Shown one piece after another: positions 24,610-38,570 of a stretch of 64,000 nucleotides of DNA. Source of the DNA: Cetorhinus maximus (Eukaryota). The stretch spans positions 97,154,001 through 97,218,000 of the forward strand of contig NC_135889.1 in assembly GCF_964194155.1 (NCBI RefSeq), written 5' to 3'. The notes beneath the pieces were generated by a model. That model saw only the letters and a list, made by a program, of their open reading frames with translations, was not told the DNA's origin and ran no database searches. Position numbers and translations under genes: made by a program. Within the stretch, counting starts at the first letter, position 1, and every line of letters begins with the position of its first letter.

Positions 24610-26465
24610 CATATTAAATATACATGAATGACCTGAACTTGAGTATTCAGGGCACAATTTCAAAGCTTGCAGATAAAATGAAACTCAAAAGTGTACTAAA
24701 GAAAGAGCAGGATAGTAAAAGACTTAAGGAACATATGTGATATCGACAGATATGTGAAACAGTAGGTGAAACTTAAAATGATGAGTGAAGTGATAATTTT
24801 GGTTAGAAGAAAGAGGAGAGGCAGTATGAACTAAATAAAATTTAAAAGCAGGTTCAGCAACAGAGAGACCCGAGGCATGTATGTACATAAATCTTCGAAG
24901 ATAACAGGACAAGTTGAGAAGACTGTTACAAAAGTACATGGGGTCCTTGGCTTTACTAATAGAGGAAGGGAGTACAAAAGCAAGGGTGTTACGCTTAAAA
25001 CTTGCTAAGCCCCAGCTGGAGTAATGTGTTCTATGCACCACACTTTAGGAAGAACGTCAAGGCCTTGGAGTTGGTGCAGAAGCTATTTACTAGAATGGTA
25101 CCAAAGATGAGGGACTTCAGTCATGCAGAGAGACTGGAGAAGCTGGAGATGTTTTCCTTACAGCAGAGATGTTTAGGGGAATATTTGAAAGAAGTGTTCA
25201 AAGGTTGAATGTCTTTGGTGGAGTAAGTAAGGAGAAACCGCTTCCAGTAGCAGAAAGGTCGGTTACCCAATAGCACAGGTATAAGATGATTGGCAGAATC
25301 AGAGGTGTGTCATGAAATCATTGGTCTTTGTGTCCCTGGGTGCTAAAACAGCAGTCTGTGGAAATTGCATCATTTAAGGTACAGGGTGATCCAATGCTGG
25401 TTACATTGTTTTCTGCCTAATAACAAGGTTGGGACCCTCTTGGAGTGCTTTGATAGGTCCCCAGATCAGCTCAAGGATCAGTGAGCAGCTCTTCTTGAGG
25501 CAGTCAGTTTTGGGAAGTCAGCCTGCAAGTGTCACAGAGAGACAGGGACAGGTTCCAGTTAAGTTTAGTTAAAAAGCTAGAGAAAGGGATGCGGGGAGCA
25601 GAATTTAAGTAAAGAAGGCCATTGGGGCAAAGACACTTCTATGGACAGCGGTGTTCTGCTAGGCACGGCCATAGATCTGAAAGTGTGCTTGTAAGCTAGT
25701 GTTTGAGTGTACTCAGGAGAAGGAATCTCCAAAGGCGAGATTGGAACCCTACGAAGTGGGCCATTGTTAAAGCTATCCAAGTGGGAGCGACTTTTGGAGA
25801 GAATTCCAATGAAAGATCTTTGAAGGTGATGCTGGGAATCCCTAGTGAGACAGAGTTTCAACAAAATTGTTTGACTTGGTATTTGCTGACATCTGGGTGC
25901 ATCCTTGAGAAATCCATAGACTCTGCCCTGGTTGGATCTGTCATTTGCCCTGTAGTGTGGTGTATTTGACCACAGTTCATCTGCCAATTCATGTGTACCT
26001 CAAATTTACCCTGAAAGTTTGAGTATAAGACACGTATTGTAAATTATTTTATCTTTCTGAATTTGTGTAGTAAAGTTTGTTTTTTTGCTTGTTCAAAACC
26101 CATGGAATCTTGTGGCTTTATTCCAAAAGCAGTTGAATCTCAACCTTTACCTATTTTTATTGGCCCATAACCAGATCTCCCCCAACATTCCAGGGTCTGG
26201 CCAAGGATCATAACAGGTAACATGAGCAAACATTTTTTTTTTACACAGCCAGTAATGGTAATCTGGAATGTACAGCCTGAAAGGGTTTTGGAAGCAGATA
26301 GTAATAATCAAAAGAGAATTGGATAAGTACTTTAAAAGGGGGGGAAAAATGCAGGGCTATGAGGAAAGAGCAATGAGTGGGATTGATTAAATAGCTCTAC
26401 CAAATAGCTGGCACAGGCATGATGAGCCAAATGGCATCCTCCTGTGCTGCATTATTCTATGATTT
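24610..26465 (+). mobile_element. CR1 3' portion interrupted by a solo LTR
   Basis: APHFRKNVKALELVQKLFTRMVP...ERLEKLEMFSL; CR1 resumes at 26216 and ends in the tail aatggcatcctcctgtgctgcattattctatgatt. Confidence 0.85.
25308..26215 (+). mobile_element. Solo LTR (~0.9 kb)
   Basis: TGTCATGA...TCATAACA ends; flanks GGTG/GGTA (4-bp TSD, one mismatch); cleanly splits a CR1. Confidence 0.8.
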
Positions 26466-28371
26466 GAAATTTTCTTTCTTTCTTTGTACTTCTCATGGAA
26501 GGACCTGGCACACATACCCAGTCCAGCTTATGTTCTAGAATGCATGACGGACTATTAATGACCTCAGGGCAATCAGGTATGAGTAAAATATGCCAGCTTG
26601 TCAGTGTCTTACCCAAGAACAATACTAAATAAAACTATTGATTTTTATGTTCAATTGCTGTGAAATAAAGCGGTTTAAATGATTTATATCTCGCCTCATC
26701 TTACCAAGTATTTTCTTACTCCACCTTGAAAATAAATGGAGTATACATAGAGGGAGGGCGTATGTGAATGACTTGAGTATCCATTTCAGATCACAAGGGG
26801 TTCCTGTTGTTACACCCCTAAGTTGCAATACCATGCAGTTTGATATTTGGCAATATTGACAGCACATCTTAAGAAATCCAGATTGCTAATAGAAGTGCTG
26901 TACCTAAGAAATACTTAAGGCAGGACCTTAAACATGTAAAGTCTGGTATATTTAACCTGTCCACCTATCTCTCAGGCAATGATGTGTCAAAAAACAAGAA
27001 TCTGGAATGACAGTATAGGGCAAAAATAAATAATGCTACAAGTTGTCCATTGAGAGCCAAGAAAGTATAAAGGTATTTAATTATTTACTGTCAGTTAATT
27101 TAGTGGCACAATTTGCACTGAGGGGCTTCACATTATAATGAACATAAACACACTTGAGACAGAGACCTGGTGGAGCACTACTGAACCATCAGATTTTATC
27201 ACCAGCAATAAGTTAAAGTATAATTTACACTCCAGTGCATGATTTAGAGCTAAAAGAGAATTATTTTGGCTTCAACCATGTAATTTACCATAGTACTGGA
27301 AACCTTGATGGCAACAAACCTCATCACAGTTGCTGCAATGCAGCTCAGGGTGATGCATTATCTCTAAATCATCCTTAAACATCTTTGTGATCTATCAGAA
27401 ATATTTTATAACCTAGCTATTCTCTCATGAATGCAAAATTAAAATTTAAAACTGAATGCCCTTGAGTTAAACATGCTCAATTTGAATGTCTTCTATAATA
27501 TTAATTAAATCCTTCATGCTTTCACTCAGTCCTATACACTGGCTTCTCTCAATTAATCAAAATTAAAAGGCTATAATTTGATCACTTAAACTAATGCATT
27601 CTGTTTAAATACATATCAAGTTTCTGAATTTTTGAAGCCGTTTTTGCATAAAAAGGAATTGAAAATAAGAGCTGGTTTTGGTATATTCTCACAAGTTTAA
27701 AAACAATTTGATAGAAGATGGTTAATATACTAAACAAATAATTTTCCTTCAATACCAAATAATAGGCAATTTAGTTTTGTGTAGATAATAAAAAGAACTT
27801 TCACCCCTATTATGTTGGATGGTCATTTGAAGAGAACAATGAAAAGTATGGTGCTGGGACAGAGATGCATGGAAAGACAAGTAAAACTCCAAGGGCAATT
27901 CAGTTTCTGAAGAGAGAGTTGTGAAAGCTTTAGGCAAGCTCGTAAAGTCATAAATGCTGAAGGAACAGTTAAGAGATATTTTAGGAGAATTTTAACTTTG
28001 CTCAATTGGCTGGAAAGGAACGGGGGAGCAATTAAAATGAAATGGCTCCATTTCCCACTCCATTCCCACCAATTTCCGCTTTTATCACCACTGGTTTCAG
28101 GAGAAGAGAATACTCCTGCAGGACTTAGCAGGAACCTTATTTATCAATGCAAATTGGGGTTTCATAATATTCTCAGGACTCCGAAGGAATTTTAACCTCC
28201 TCCTGGACATGGTGTCCACCGCAGCCACCCCATCCATGCAAAGCTGATGGGAAAGGAGCAAGGCCCTCTTAAGGTAAGTTCAAATATCTTGCAGCCAGGA
28301 GGAGCAGGAGAACTCATCTAGACACTACATGAAGGGTCAAGGCCTACCTCACCACCTGACTCCCCAAAGCC

Positions 28372-28850
28372 TATCCACCATCTATGAGGCGCAAGTCAGG
28401 AGTGTGATGGAATACTCCCCACTTGCCTAGATGAGTGCAGCTCCAACAACACTCAAGAAGTTGACACTGTCCAGGACAAAGCAGCCCACTTGATTGGTAC
28501 CACATCCACAAACATTCACTCCCTTCATCATCGACGCACAGTGTGTGCCATCTACAAGTTGCACTGCAGGAATTCACCAAGGCTCCTTTGACAGCACCTT
28601 CCAAACCCATGACCACTACCATCTAGAAGGGTAAGGGCAGCAGATAGATGGGAACACCACCACCTGGAAGTTCTCCTCGAAGTCATTCATCATCCTGACT
28701 TGGATGTATATTGCCATTCCTTCACTGTCGCTGGAGGAACTCTGTTCCTAATAGCACTGTGGGTGTACCTATACCACGTGGACTACAGCATTACAAGAAG
28801 GCAGTTCCCCACCACTTTCTCAAGGGCAACCAGGGATGGGCAATAAAACC
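28372..28850 (+). mobile_element. LINE family B 3' fragment
   Basis: IYEAQVRSVMEYSPLA.MSAAPTTLKKLTLSR plus the shared tail. Confidence 0.85.
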
Positions 28851-29169
28851 TGAGCTCCCTATTTCGACAACCATGAGATACTCGCAACACTCTTCCTCCT
28901 AGACTTACTTTGATGCCAGCAGCTCGATACTCATCATACACCCCTTCTCCCCTGCTGGTCAGCTGCTACTTTCTTTATGCACTGGGTGAGCAGCTGTCAA
29001 GCAGATTTCATGACACCCACGTGAGAATGCCTTCCCCTGCCACCGGCTTCCTAACAGGATTTAAAATCAACATTTTTGCCTAAGTCAAGTAATGTAAGGA
29101 AGCATTGTGTCTTCTTTATTTTGTATCATTCGGCTAAGGTGAGTTGTTCTGATTCGATTACGTGAATTC

Positions 29170-29400
29170 AGTGATCATAATTCTTCCTCTGTAGTTGGCA
29201 CTTGAAATAAAGCAGCTAACGAATTTGCATCAAGTCTCATCTCAGCAAGTTCAATCTATCCTTGAAGAGACTGAAGAAGCGGTCACATGGAAGCTGAAGT
29301 TCGCCATTCAAGTAACATTGTTGTGTCCCTGGTTACAATTTGGTTCAAGTGTATAAAGGTGAACATGAATCAACAAAGTATGTACATGGACTGGCTGACA
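29170..29400 (-). pseudogene. Possible very old Harbinger-type transposase N-terminal fragment
   Basis: Minus-strand fragments IVTRDTTM, FSFHVTASSVSS..*TC and FQVPTTEEE occur in the order expected for ALP1/HARBI-like proteins; needs several frameshifts. Confidence 0.3.
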
Positions 29401-32400
29401 CCTGCCAGCCTGAAAAGCTGTCAAATTTGTAAAAATAAATGTCTAAAGTGGCTCATCACTTGATTCAGAGCTGGTTTCTATGTGCAAATGGAGTTGTCTA
29501 TAATGGTGAAATTATATCATTTTTCACAAGGTCTCACAAGCCATCTCTTATTTAGCAATTCACTGTGTGCAGTTATTTTTTTTAAAAAAAGACAAACTGA
29601 TCCTTCAATTAGGTTTTACATACTGTTCTAACAGTGATATGCCATAACTCTTAGCACAGGGAAATGATTTGACATGCTTTCTTCTGTATTGTCTGAATAG
29701 GAAAAGAACTTGCTTTGCAGGTGCAATATTGCAGTCTGACTTTGGACCATTCGTTTGGATTTATATCCATGCTATGGTTCTCATTAGACGAGGAGACTTT
29801 AGTACTTCATAAAGAATTGTGAATCTATAGATTTAATTCACACAAATATAAATTTAACTTTTTAACTGTAATAAATCATTTCACTATGAAACTGGCAATT
29901 TTTTACAACAGGTCACTGCACAGATCACATTAAACACTACACAAAAGGTAATTTTAAGTATAATGCTTGAAATTCTATTTTAGCTGCCAATTAAATATGC
30001 TGCAGTTCAATTCAATCTGATGCATTATCCTTCAAAAGAAAGTGAAGAATGAGCTGATAATCAATTAATATGACTACTGAAATGGTCAACCCAGCTTCTT
30101 AGTTTGAAGAATGTACTTCACTTGACAAGGTTCCAATTTTAAAAAAATAAAAATAACTTGCAGTGTCAGATTGACGTAGTGCTATTTCCCGAAAGGGATC
30201 CAGAGTGAGCTCTTTGAAAAATAATCTAAGGACTATTCGTTCAATTTAACAGTCTACCATTTTTGGATGATTTCATTTTGCACAATTGCACTAAAAAAAC
30301 ATTGATGGATCTCCATCTCCATCACTCAAAGATTACACTGCAGCCTCTGGATAGTTGTAGATATTTGTGGAGAAAAGAGAGAGCAAAAGAAAACCAAAAG
30401 ATCTGTTTTAAAAATGATTGAAAAAAAAATCATTCTCTTCAAACTAGTTATATTTGCAATTTACATTTGTGCTAATATTCTGTAAAAGCTTTTTGTATAA
30501 TTTATATTTAAATTGCCAAAGTAATTTTTAACATGCCATATTTGAAATGATTGTAAAGGGCACTTTCTAAAGTTCAAGGTTAAACATTTACCCAAGGACA
30601 AACTACAGAAGAGTATGGTATGAGTTTTATCCTACATTGCATTTTTTTTGTGAGTTGATGCTACTGAGAGGCTGCAAAAAAAGCAGCAGAAAGGCTTTCT
30701 CTCACTGTTTATCAAATAAAATGGATTCGTTTCTGCATATGCCTTAGAGTTAATGGACTGGATTTTTCTTCCAGGGATGGGAGACCGAGGGCAGGACTGT
30801 TTCTGCATCCCAAACCCGCCCCAGGGGGTAACAGTCATTGATGAGATTTTCACGGGTGTGCCACCTGAATTTACCTGGAGACAGGTTTAGCACCCAATGG
30901 CAGACAGGTTCTTGAAGCTGGATGGCCATTCAGAGGCCCTTGCAATGAGAGGACCAGCAGGCTGTAATGGAAGGTAAGTAAGAGAGAGGGGGCTTCATGA
31001 TGGAGGCATTCTCTCAGCAACTTTTGGAAAAATATGATATTAAATGGCTTTTGCAGCCAGACAACAATCATGGGAGATTTCAATCTTCATATATATTGGA
31101 CAAAGCAAATTGGCAAAGGTAACCTGGAGGATGAGTTCATAGCGTGTATTTGGGACAGTTTCTTAGAACAATACATTCTTGAACCAACCAGGGAATAGGC
31201 TATTTTTTAACCTGGTGATGTGTAATGAGACAGGGTTAATAAATGACCATATAGTAAAGGATCCTCTAGATAAGAGCAATCATAACATGATAGAATTCAG
31301 TTTGAGGGTGAGAAATGTGGGTCTGAAGCTAGTGTCTTAAATTTAAGTAAAGCAATTAAATGGCATGAAGACAGAGTTAACTAACATGGAATGGGAAAAT
31401 AGAATAAAATGTATGGTGATAGAGAAGCTGTGGTAGACTTTTAAGGGGATATTCCATAACTCTCAACAAAAATATATTCCATTGAGAAAGAAAGATTCAA
31501 CATGGAGACTGCACCATCTGTGGCTAACTAAGAAAGTTAAGATGGTATCAAGCTGAAAGAAAAAATGTTGCAAAAATTAGTGGTAGGTCAGAAGATTTGG
31601 AAAATTTTAGAAACCAGCAGATGATGACTGAAAAAAAGGGAGAAATCAAAGCACGAAAGAAAACTGGCAAGGAATATAAAAACAAACAGTAGAAGTTTTT
31701 ACAAGTATATGAAAAGGAAAAGAACAGCAATAGTAAGCATTGGTCTCGTAGAGTCTAAAACGGAGGAATTAATAATGGGAAACAAGAAAATAGCAATGAC
31801 TTTGAACAAGTATTTTGTACCTGTCTTCACAGTAGAAGGCACAAAAAGCATGGCAAGAATAGTAGAAATGCAGGGAAAAATGGAGGGAGGAACTTACAAC
31901 AATCCTATTAGAGAAAAAGTACTAGGAAAACTAATGGGACTTAAGGCTAACAAGTCCCCTGGATCTGATGGTCAGCACCCTAGGGTCTTTAAAGAAGTGC
32001 TGCAGAGAGAGCGGATGCACTGCCTTCCAAAAATCCTTGGATTCTGGAAATGTCCCAGCTGACTGGAAAGCCATAAATATGCCATCACAAGTCAAGAAAG
32101 GAGAGAGACAGAAAGCAAGGAACTACAGGCCAGTTAGCCTAACATCAGTCATTGGTAAAATGCTAGAATCTATTATCATGGAGGTAGTAGCAGGACATTC
32201 AGAATATAAGAATATAATCAGGCAGAGTCAATATACATTTTGGTTCTTTTGTAGTGGAAATTGCGTCTGGCAAATGTAGAGTTCTTTGAGGATGTAACAA
32301 GTTGGTTAGATTAAAGGCAGACCAGTAGATGTAGTGTATTTGGATTTCCAAAAGACATTCGATAAGATGTCACATAAAAGGTTACTGCAGAAGCTAATAG

Positions 32401-32463
32401 CTCTTGGTTTAGAAGGTAATATATTAGCTTGGGGAGAGGATAGGCTAACTAACAGGAAACAGA

Positions 32464-33166
32464 GGCCAGGATTTTCCCATCGGCGATTTGGGGGCGGGGC
32501 CTGCTCGCCAACAGAAAAATGACACTGGATGACATCAGGAGGAACTCCCGACGTCATCCTGGTCCCTTTAAATTTTTAGATGGCGGGTTGACAGCGAAAT
32601 CAGCTGTCCGCCCGCTGACCTGACAATTAAGGCCATTGACAGGCTAATTAAGATTGTTAAAGACCTGCCCATCCAACCTTAAGACTGGTGGGCAGGCCAG
32701 GAGCCCCAGCGGGCTTCTGATAATACATAAAACCTCATCCACTAGCGGGATGAGGTTTCATGTCCGTTTTTTAAAAGTTTAATAAAGTTGTGTTTCTTAT
32801 TAACATGTCCCATCTCGTGTGACATTGTTACATGAGGGGGGCATGTTAATAATTTAAATATTTTTCTATTTTTGGTGGGTTTTTTTTACCTGTCGCTAAT
32901 TTCCCTGAGACAGCACTTTGCCTCGGGAAGCAGTGTGCTGTTTCGTGCGCATGTGCGAAAGAGCGCACTTTGACAGATGGGGAATCCCTCCCCCACCCCA
33001 GCACAGGAAGCGCATAGCGCTTCCTGTCAGACAGGCCGCTGGGCGGGCCTTAATTGGTCTGCCCACTCAAAATGGCGGTGGGCCCCATTTCGGTGGCGGG
33101 AGTCGGCTGTCTGCCCGCCGCCGAGCCGGTGGGGCCCGCACGCCCACCAAGGGAAAAATTATGCCC
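32464..33166 (-). mobile_element. Family A MITE inserted in CR1
   Basis: AGA|GGCCAGGATTTT...AAAATTATGCCC|CGA; the CR1 is continuous across it. Confidence 0.9.
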
Positions 33167-33380
33167 CGAGAGTTGGGATAAATGGGTCATTTTCAGGTTG
33201 GCAAACTCTAACTAGTGGAATGTTGCGCAATCAGTCCTGGGGCCTCAACTATTTACATTCTATGTTAATGACTTGGATGTAGGGTCCGACAGTACTGCAG
33301 CCACATTTGCTGATTATACAAAGCCAGTCATAAAGAAAATTTTGAGGAGGATACAAAGTATCTGCAAAGAGATATACATA

Positions 33381-33718
33381 GGGCTGAATTTTGACCCCCA
33401 TCGGGGAGGTTGTGCGGGGGTGGGAGGGAGCGAGCGCAAACCCGATCAGCAATTAAGGCCCACTCAACAGGACGCCTGCCAGGAAGTGCTGAGCCGGTAG
33501 GTGCCTCAGGGAGATTTAAGTTTAAAATTTCTAAATAAAGTATTTGGAAACTTTTAAAACATGTCCCCTCATGTGACAGTGTCTTATGAGTTGGGACATA
33601 TCAATTATTTATTTTTAAAAATTTTATTGAATTTTTAAACACTTCATGAAACCTCATCCCACCCGTGGATGAAGTTCCATGAAAAATGCGAAGGCTGCCT
33701 GGGGCTCTTCACCTGCCC
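33381..33718 (+). mobile_element. Family A MITE, internally deleted and truncated, in CR1
   Basis: GGGCTGAATTTT start; retains two hairpins; adjoining CR1 sequence is missing. Confidence 0.8.
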
Positions 33719-34379
33719 ATGGAATGTTGGCCTTTATTGCAAGGGAGATGGGGTATAAATATAGTGCAATATTGCTCCAACTGTATATTGGTGGGACCAC
33801 ACCTGCACTACTGTGAACAGTTTTGGTGTGATTACCTACTGGAGGACAAATTTGCGTTGGAAGCAGATCAGAGAAGGTTCGCATGGCTGATTCCTGGGAT
33901 GAAAGGCTTGTCATATGAGGAAAGGTTGAGCAGGTTGGGCCTATGTTTGTTGGAGTTCAGAAGAATGAGAGGCAATCTTTGTGAAAGTTATGAGATTATC
34001 AGGGGGCTTGACAGGGTAAAACCTGGGAGGATGTTTCCTATAATGGGGGAATCGAGAACTAGGAGGCAAAGTTTAGAAATAAGGGGTCTCCCATTTAAGA
34101 CTGCGATAAGAAGGATTTCTTTTCTCAGAGGTTCATTAGCCTTTGGAATTCTCCATAGACAGTAATGGAGGTTGTGTCATTGAATATATTCAAGGCTCAG
34201 TTGGACAGGTTTTTGATTGACAAGGGAGTGAATGGTTATTGGGGATAGGCAGAAAAGTGGATTACGGCCACAATCAGATCAGCTACAATCTTATTGAAAG
34301 GCGGAGCAGGTTTGGTGCTGAATGACCTACTCCTGCTCCTATTTCTTATGATCTTATGAGCGTTGACACCAATAACAAT

Positions 34380-34743
34380 GGGCAGAATTTTGCCCTTGGT
34401 TGGCAGGCGGGCCCCACCGGCTCAGCGGCGGGTGGGCAGCCGAACTCCGCCGCCGAAATGGGCCCCGCCGCCATTTTGAGTGGGCGGGCCAATTAAGGCC
34501 TGCCCACTGGCCTGCCCGACGGGAAGCACTATGAGAAATTAATGACAATTGGTAACTTAGTGGCCTTAATAGGCCTTTTAATTGTCGGCGGGCGCGTGCC
34601 TGCTCCAGCGCGTGCCTGCCGACTGAACTATTGCGTGACTGCGCGTTGACATCGGCACGCTCGGCCGACGTCATCGTGCATCATTTCACGCTCGGTTGGG
34701 CCGGGTCGGGCACGTGCCCACCCGCCGAGCTAAAAATTCTTTC
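34380..34743 (+). mobile_element. Family A MITE short derivative lacking the central hairpin block
   Basis: Both ends present (GGGCAGAATTTT / AAAATTCTTTC); ~330 bp of core absent. Confidence 0.8.
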
Positions 34744-34763
34744 ATTGTTTCCTGCAGTTTCAT

Positions 34764-35453
34764 GGGCAGAATTTTGCCTTTGACGGGTGGGCTCAGCGGG
34801 GGCGGATGAGAAGCCAACCCCTGCCTGCGATCGGCACCACACCAAGATTTCATGCTGGCAGGCCAATTAAGGCCCGCCCAGCATGAAACGCAAGCGGCAG
34901 GGCTGTGCGCTGCCTGTGCGGGGGGTGGGGGGAGGAGGGTGAGTAGGCCGAGCACGAACATCACGCACGCGCGTGAGTGAGCGCTGCATAATCCCCCCGA
35001 GGCACAGAGCTGCCTCAGGGAGATGAAGAGATATTTTAAAAAATAATTACAAAAATAAAAATGTTATGAAACATGTCCCCTCATGTGACTCTGTCACATG
35101 ATCAGGGACATGTTATTAATGAAAAATGAAAGTTTTTATTTTATTTTTATTTGCCTTTGGAAACCTCATCCTGCCCTTGAATGAGGTTTCCAAAGAAAAA
35201 AAATGTAATGGCCTGTCCGCCTACCGTTAGGTTGGATGCGCAGTGAAAATTTTAATTTAATTGATCACTTAAGGGCCTTAAGAGGCCTTTTAATTGTCAG
35301 TGGGTCCGCTGCCTGCTCCAGCCTGCCTGCCTGCTGGCCTAACTATTGCGTGACTGTGCATTGACTTCAGCACGCTCGGCTGACGTCAACGCACGTCATT
35401 TCACGCTCGAGTGGGTTGGGCGCGTGCCCCACACTGAGCGAAAATTTCTGTCC
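34764..35453 (+). mobile_element. Family A MITE, full length
   Basis: GGGCAGAATTTT...AAAATTTCTGTCC; 20 bp from the previous copy. Confidence 0.88.
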
Positions 35454-36711
35454 AAAAAAGGAAATTAAAAAATAATATTTCGTAAATATTCATGAAAATA
35501 AAAATTGACACTTTGTGTGTTTAGGCAGTTGACTTTTGTTAAGTCTACATAGAACTTTCTGTCCAATTACTTGACCCTACTTGAATTAACAGCGTAAGCT
35601 GTTGGTTTTCATCATGTATAAGAAAGCATTTCAAAGCATGTTCTCACCCAAATTGGCTATATACATAGTAAAAAATTATAGGTAAGAGATTATTGGTATA
35701 AGCACTGATGCCTATAATACCATTTGTGGTTTGATGCACCATAAGCCAAATGTTTACTGAAACCATATGACACAATGAAATACATATATACTTAAATATT
35801 TTCCTTGGTGTGGAATTGATGTTGTTAAAATGGCAGAGTTCAATGCCATTACTTTTCTGATTATCCACCAGGAACAAACTAAGAAAAATAATGTGTTATC
35901 ATGATCATTTTATTTGGAATGAACTTTGTCTTCAAATTGAGAATGGCAGCACACAGCAATATGTCACTTTCCTTTATGACAGGACCCATAACACTCAGGT
36001 CGAGTGATTCACATTAGGTGCAGCATAAAGGTCTCTTCACAATGATAACCTGAGAGAGAATGATCTATTCGAATAATGCCCCTTCCCATTTCCCACACTA
36101 GACTCCCACAGTGAACCTGTTAACTGAGCTTTAATTTATGAGCAATTTTATGCTGTGCAATGAATAACAGAGTTGAGAAGTTCCAAATATCATAAAGCTG
36201 ATAATCCAAGTAGATTAAATTCCAGGTACAAGAGATGAAAACAATGTTCAACCTAACTGGGTCAGAGACAGAGAACCATCTGACAATAGTCTGTTAAGAA
36301 AAAGACTTTGCACAGCAGATGACATGCTAGTTTGGAGGTGACATGATAAACACCATGAAGTTGAGATCTACATTGCACTTAAAAATAAATAGCATGCCAA
36401 GCACAGCCAATGATATGTTTTGTTTTCCATTTCCACCCCCTATCATTGCATAGCACGTAAATACAATAATGCCACTCCTGCAAAATCGCAATAGATTATT
36501 TCTTGGATTCTTAAAAAATATTTAGGCCTAATGTAAAAAAAAAGCCACTTTCCATATATCCTAAATAAATTTACTTTAAAAACTCTACTTCTAATTCCCT
36601 GTCACACTAAACTCAGAAATATATAAAATAGTGCAAGCCTTTCTATCATTTTAACTAAAGAAAGGATTAGACATAAGTACCATCATATTAATTTACTAAC
36701 TAGATGTACAT

Positions 36712-37789
36712 TGTTACAATCCCCAATGGTGACCAAAGTTACCAATTGACCCATACAGAAGAAATTACCAACTGGATTCACTTTTTGTAACTTCTACTTT
36801 AACACGAATCTGAATCAACATAAATTTCACAAGAATTAACAGGTGAATGATACTTCAAATAAAAAGGTCAATTTTGCTTTAAATAGTCAATACGAGGATA
36901 CATCTTATAGGGCCACAAGCATCCGCATCACTCCCTACACAAATGTGGCACAACATAGCTACATTTTCCACAATATACTGTTCTTTATTCATGCAGGGTA
37001 GGTCAGGAGTCCTGTCCGACACCAGCTTTCACCTTTGAGTTTCACAGGTACTATTATCATCAGCAAGGCACACTTCTACGAATCCTCTGTCCTTCAGGTG
37101 CCGACAGTCCTGATGGTGTAGTTTTCCAGAGTTACTTTTCAACCGATCAACAAATAACACCTCGGTTCATGGTTAGGCCATTTGTGGGAAAACATCCAGT
37201 TCATTAGCATCTTGGAGCTAATCACACAACTTTATAGATTTTTGACTTTTATATCCAGCTTGCACAGTGCCTCCTAGAGCTCCTGTCTCTTTTCCTGCCA
37301 AACGGAAACACTAACCGCTTCCTGAGAGAGATTTGCCTCTTCCCCTCACAATAATTCAGCATCTTCCTTTTTCTTTCTCTATCTGCTTTTCCTTTGAGTC
37401 TGCATCTGAATGCTGAATGCTCTCACCCACCAACTCCTCTGCTTATAGCTCTCCTTTGTGTCTGCCAATCACACGGCTTCTGGTCTTATCTTCCTTCCTC
37501 TTGGTACTGCTTCCAGGTCAAGGGTTGGCAGTTCACATGGACTAATATGTATTATCATTCAACAAAAGTACAATTGGTCCCTTTACAATTAATGCAAGTC
37601 CCTGTCAAACATTCTTTAAAGCAATTACAAACTGCACAGATATTTTGAAGAAATTACAAATTTTCTTTAGTATACTGCTTCCAGGTCAAAGGGAGTCACA
37701 GCATACTATCAACTGACCCATGTAATTCACGCACAACCCTATTTAAGTTACCTCCTCTCAGTGTTAAGAAGTCGGCTGACATAATGACA
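36712..37789 (-). mobile_element. Possible old solo-LTR-like insertion
   Basis: TGTTA...TGACA ends, pyrimidine-rich body, internal duplication tactgcttccaggtcaa; no TSD seen. Confidence 0.25.
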
Positions 37790-38225
37790 CCACTATTCGT
37801 GGCTAGAATGGAAACCATTGTATAATTCCCCCAGTCAATAATGGCTGGTGACTGCACTGCTACACGTGACTGTGGTTAATTAAAATAAAACCATTTATAT
37901 TATGTAACTGTCCTCCACTCTGCATTTTACTGGAGAAATCACTATTTTTTTATTGGAAGAAGCTGTTGCAGTTTTAGTGATGAATTCAGTTTGCCACAGA
38001 CTCTTAAAACAGACTCTGTAAATTGACTTTGTTTGCTTTGCTGTTTGCTGAATAAACAGTCTTTTGTTTGTTGTAAGTTCTCCCATAAATCCTGCCCTGC
38101 CTCAAAGTAATTGGCTGACACAGGGGTGTCAATAGACACTCCACAAGTGTTTATATGCTCAAACCATGTGAACTATATGTGCGAGAGTTTGGACCCACTT
38201 TTTGCAATTTTAAAAATAAGTTTTA

Positions 38226-38570
38226 GGGGAGAATCTTCCTGGCCCACCCTGTCCTGGAGCTGAATAGCTGCAGTATGTCTGAAATCCAGGCCAAGTGTTA
38301 CCTGATTTCCTTGGGCTAGGGCCCTTCCATTCTGAAGAGGTTGTCAAGCGCTCACTTCCAGCTTCTGTGAGCACCCATCTGGACTCCCCAGGCAATTAAA
38401 CCATCTTCACTACAGCTTTAATTTAGGAGAGCCAGTAATAGCCCACCACATTTCAAAGAAAAATGTGATAGATCCCAAGGCAGCATAAAGCGAACACTCA
38501 GTGAAACAGTTCTATGCATTTCTCCTATCCCTGTGCGCTCCTATGGGACAAACATTAGAAAATCTGTCCC
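38226..38570. mobile_element. Possible old MITE
   Basis: GGGGAGAATCTT / AAAATCTGTCCC ends; no TSD. Confidence 0.35.

Larger units (their letters stand above)
31050..34358 (+). mobile_element. Long decayed CR1 ORF2 (endonuclease end, RT, 3' tail) with two nested MITEs
   Basis: IMGDFN; KSPGSDGQHPRVFKE; NYRPVSLTSVIGKMLE; YLDFQKTFDK; FADYTK; LSYEERLSRLGL; tail tcttatgatcttatg. Confidence 0.92.
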
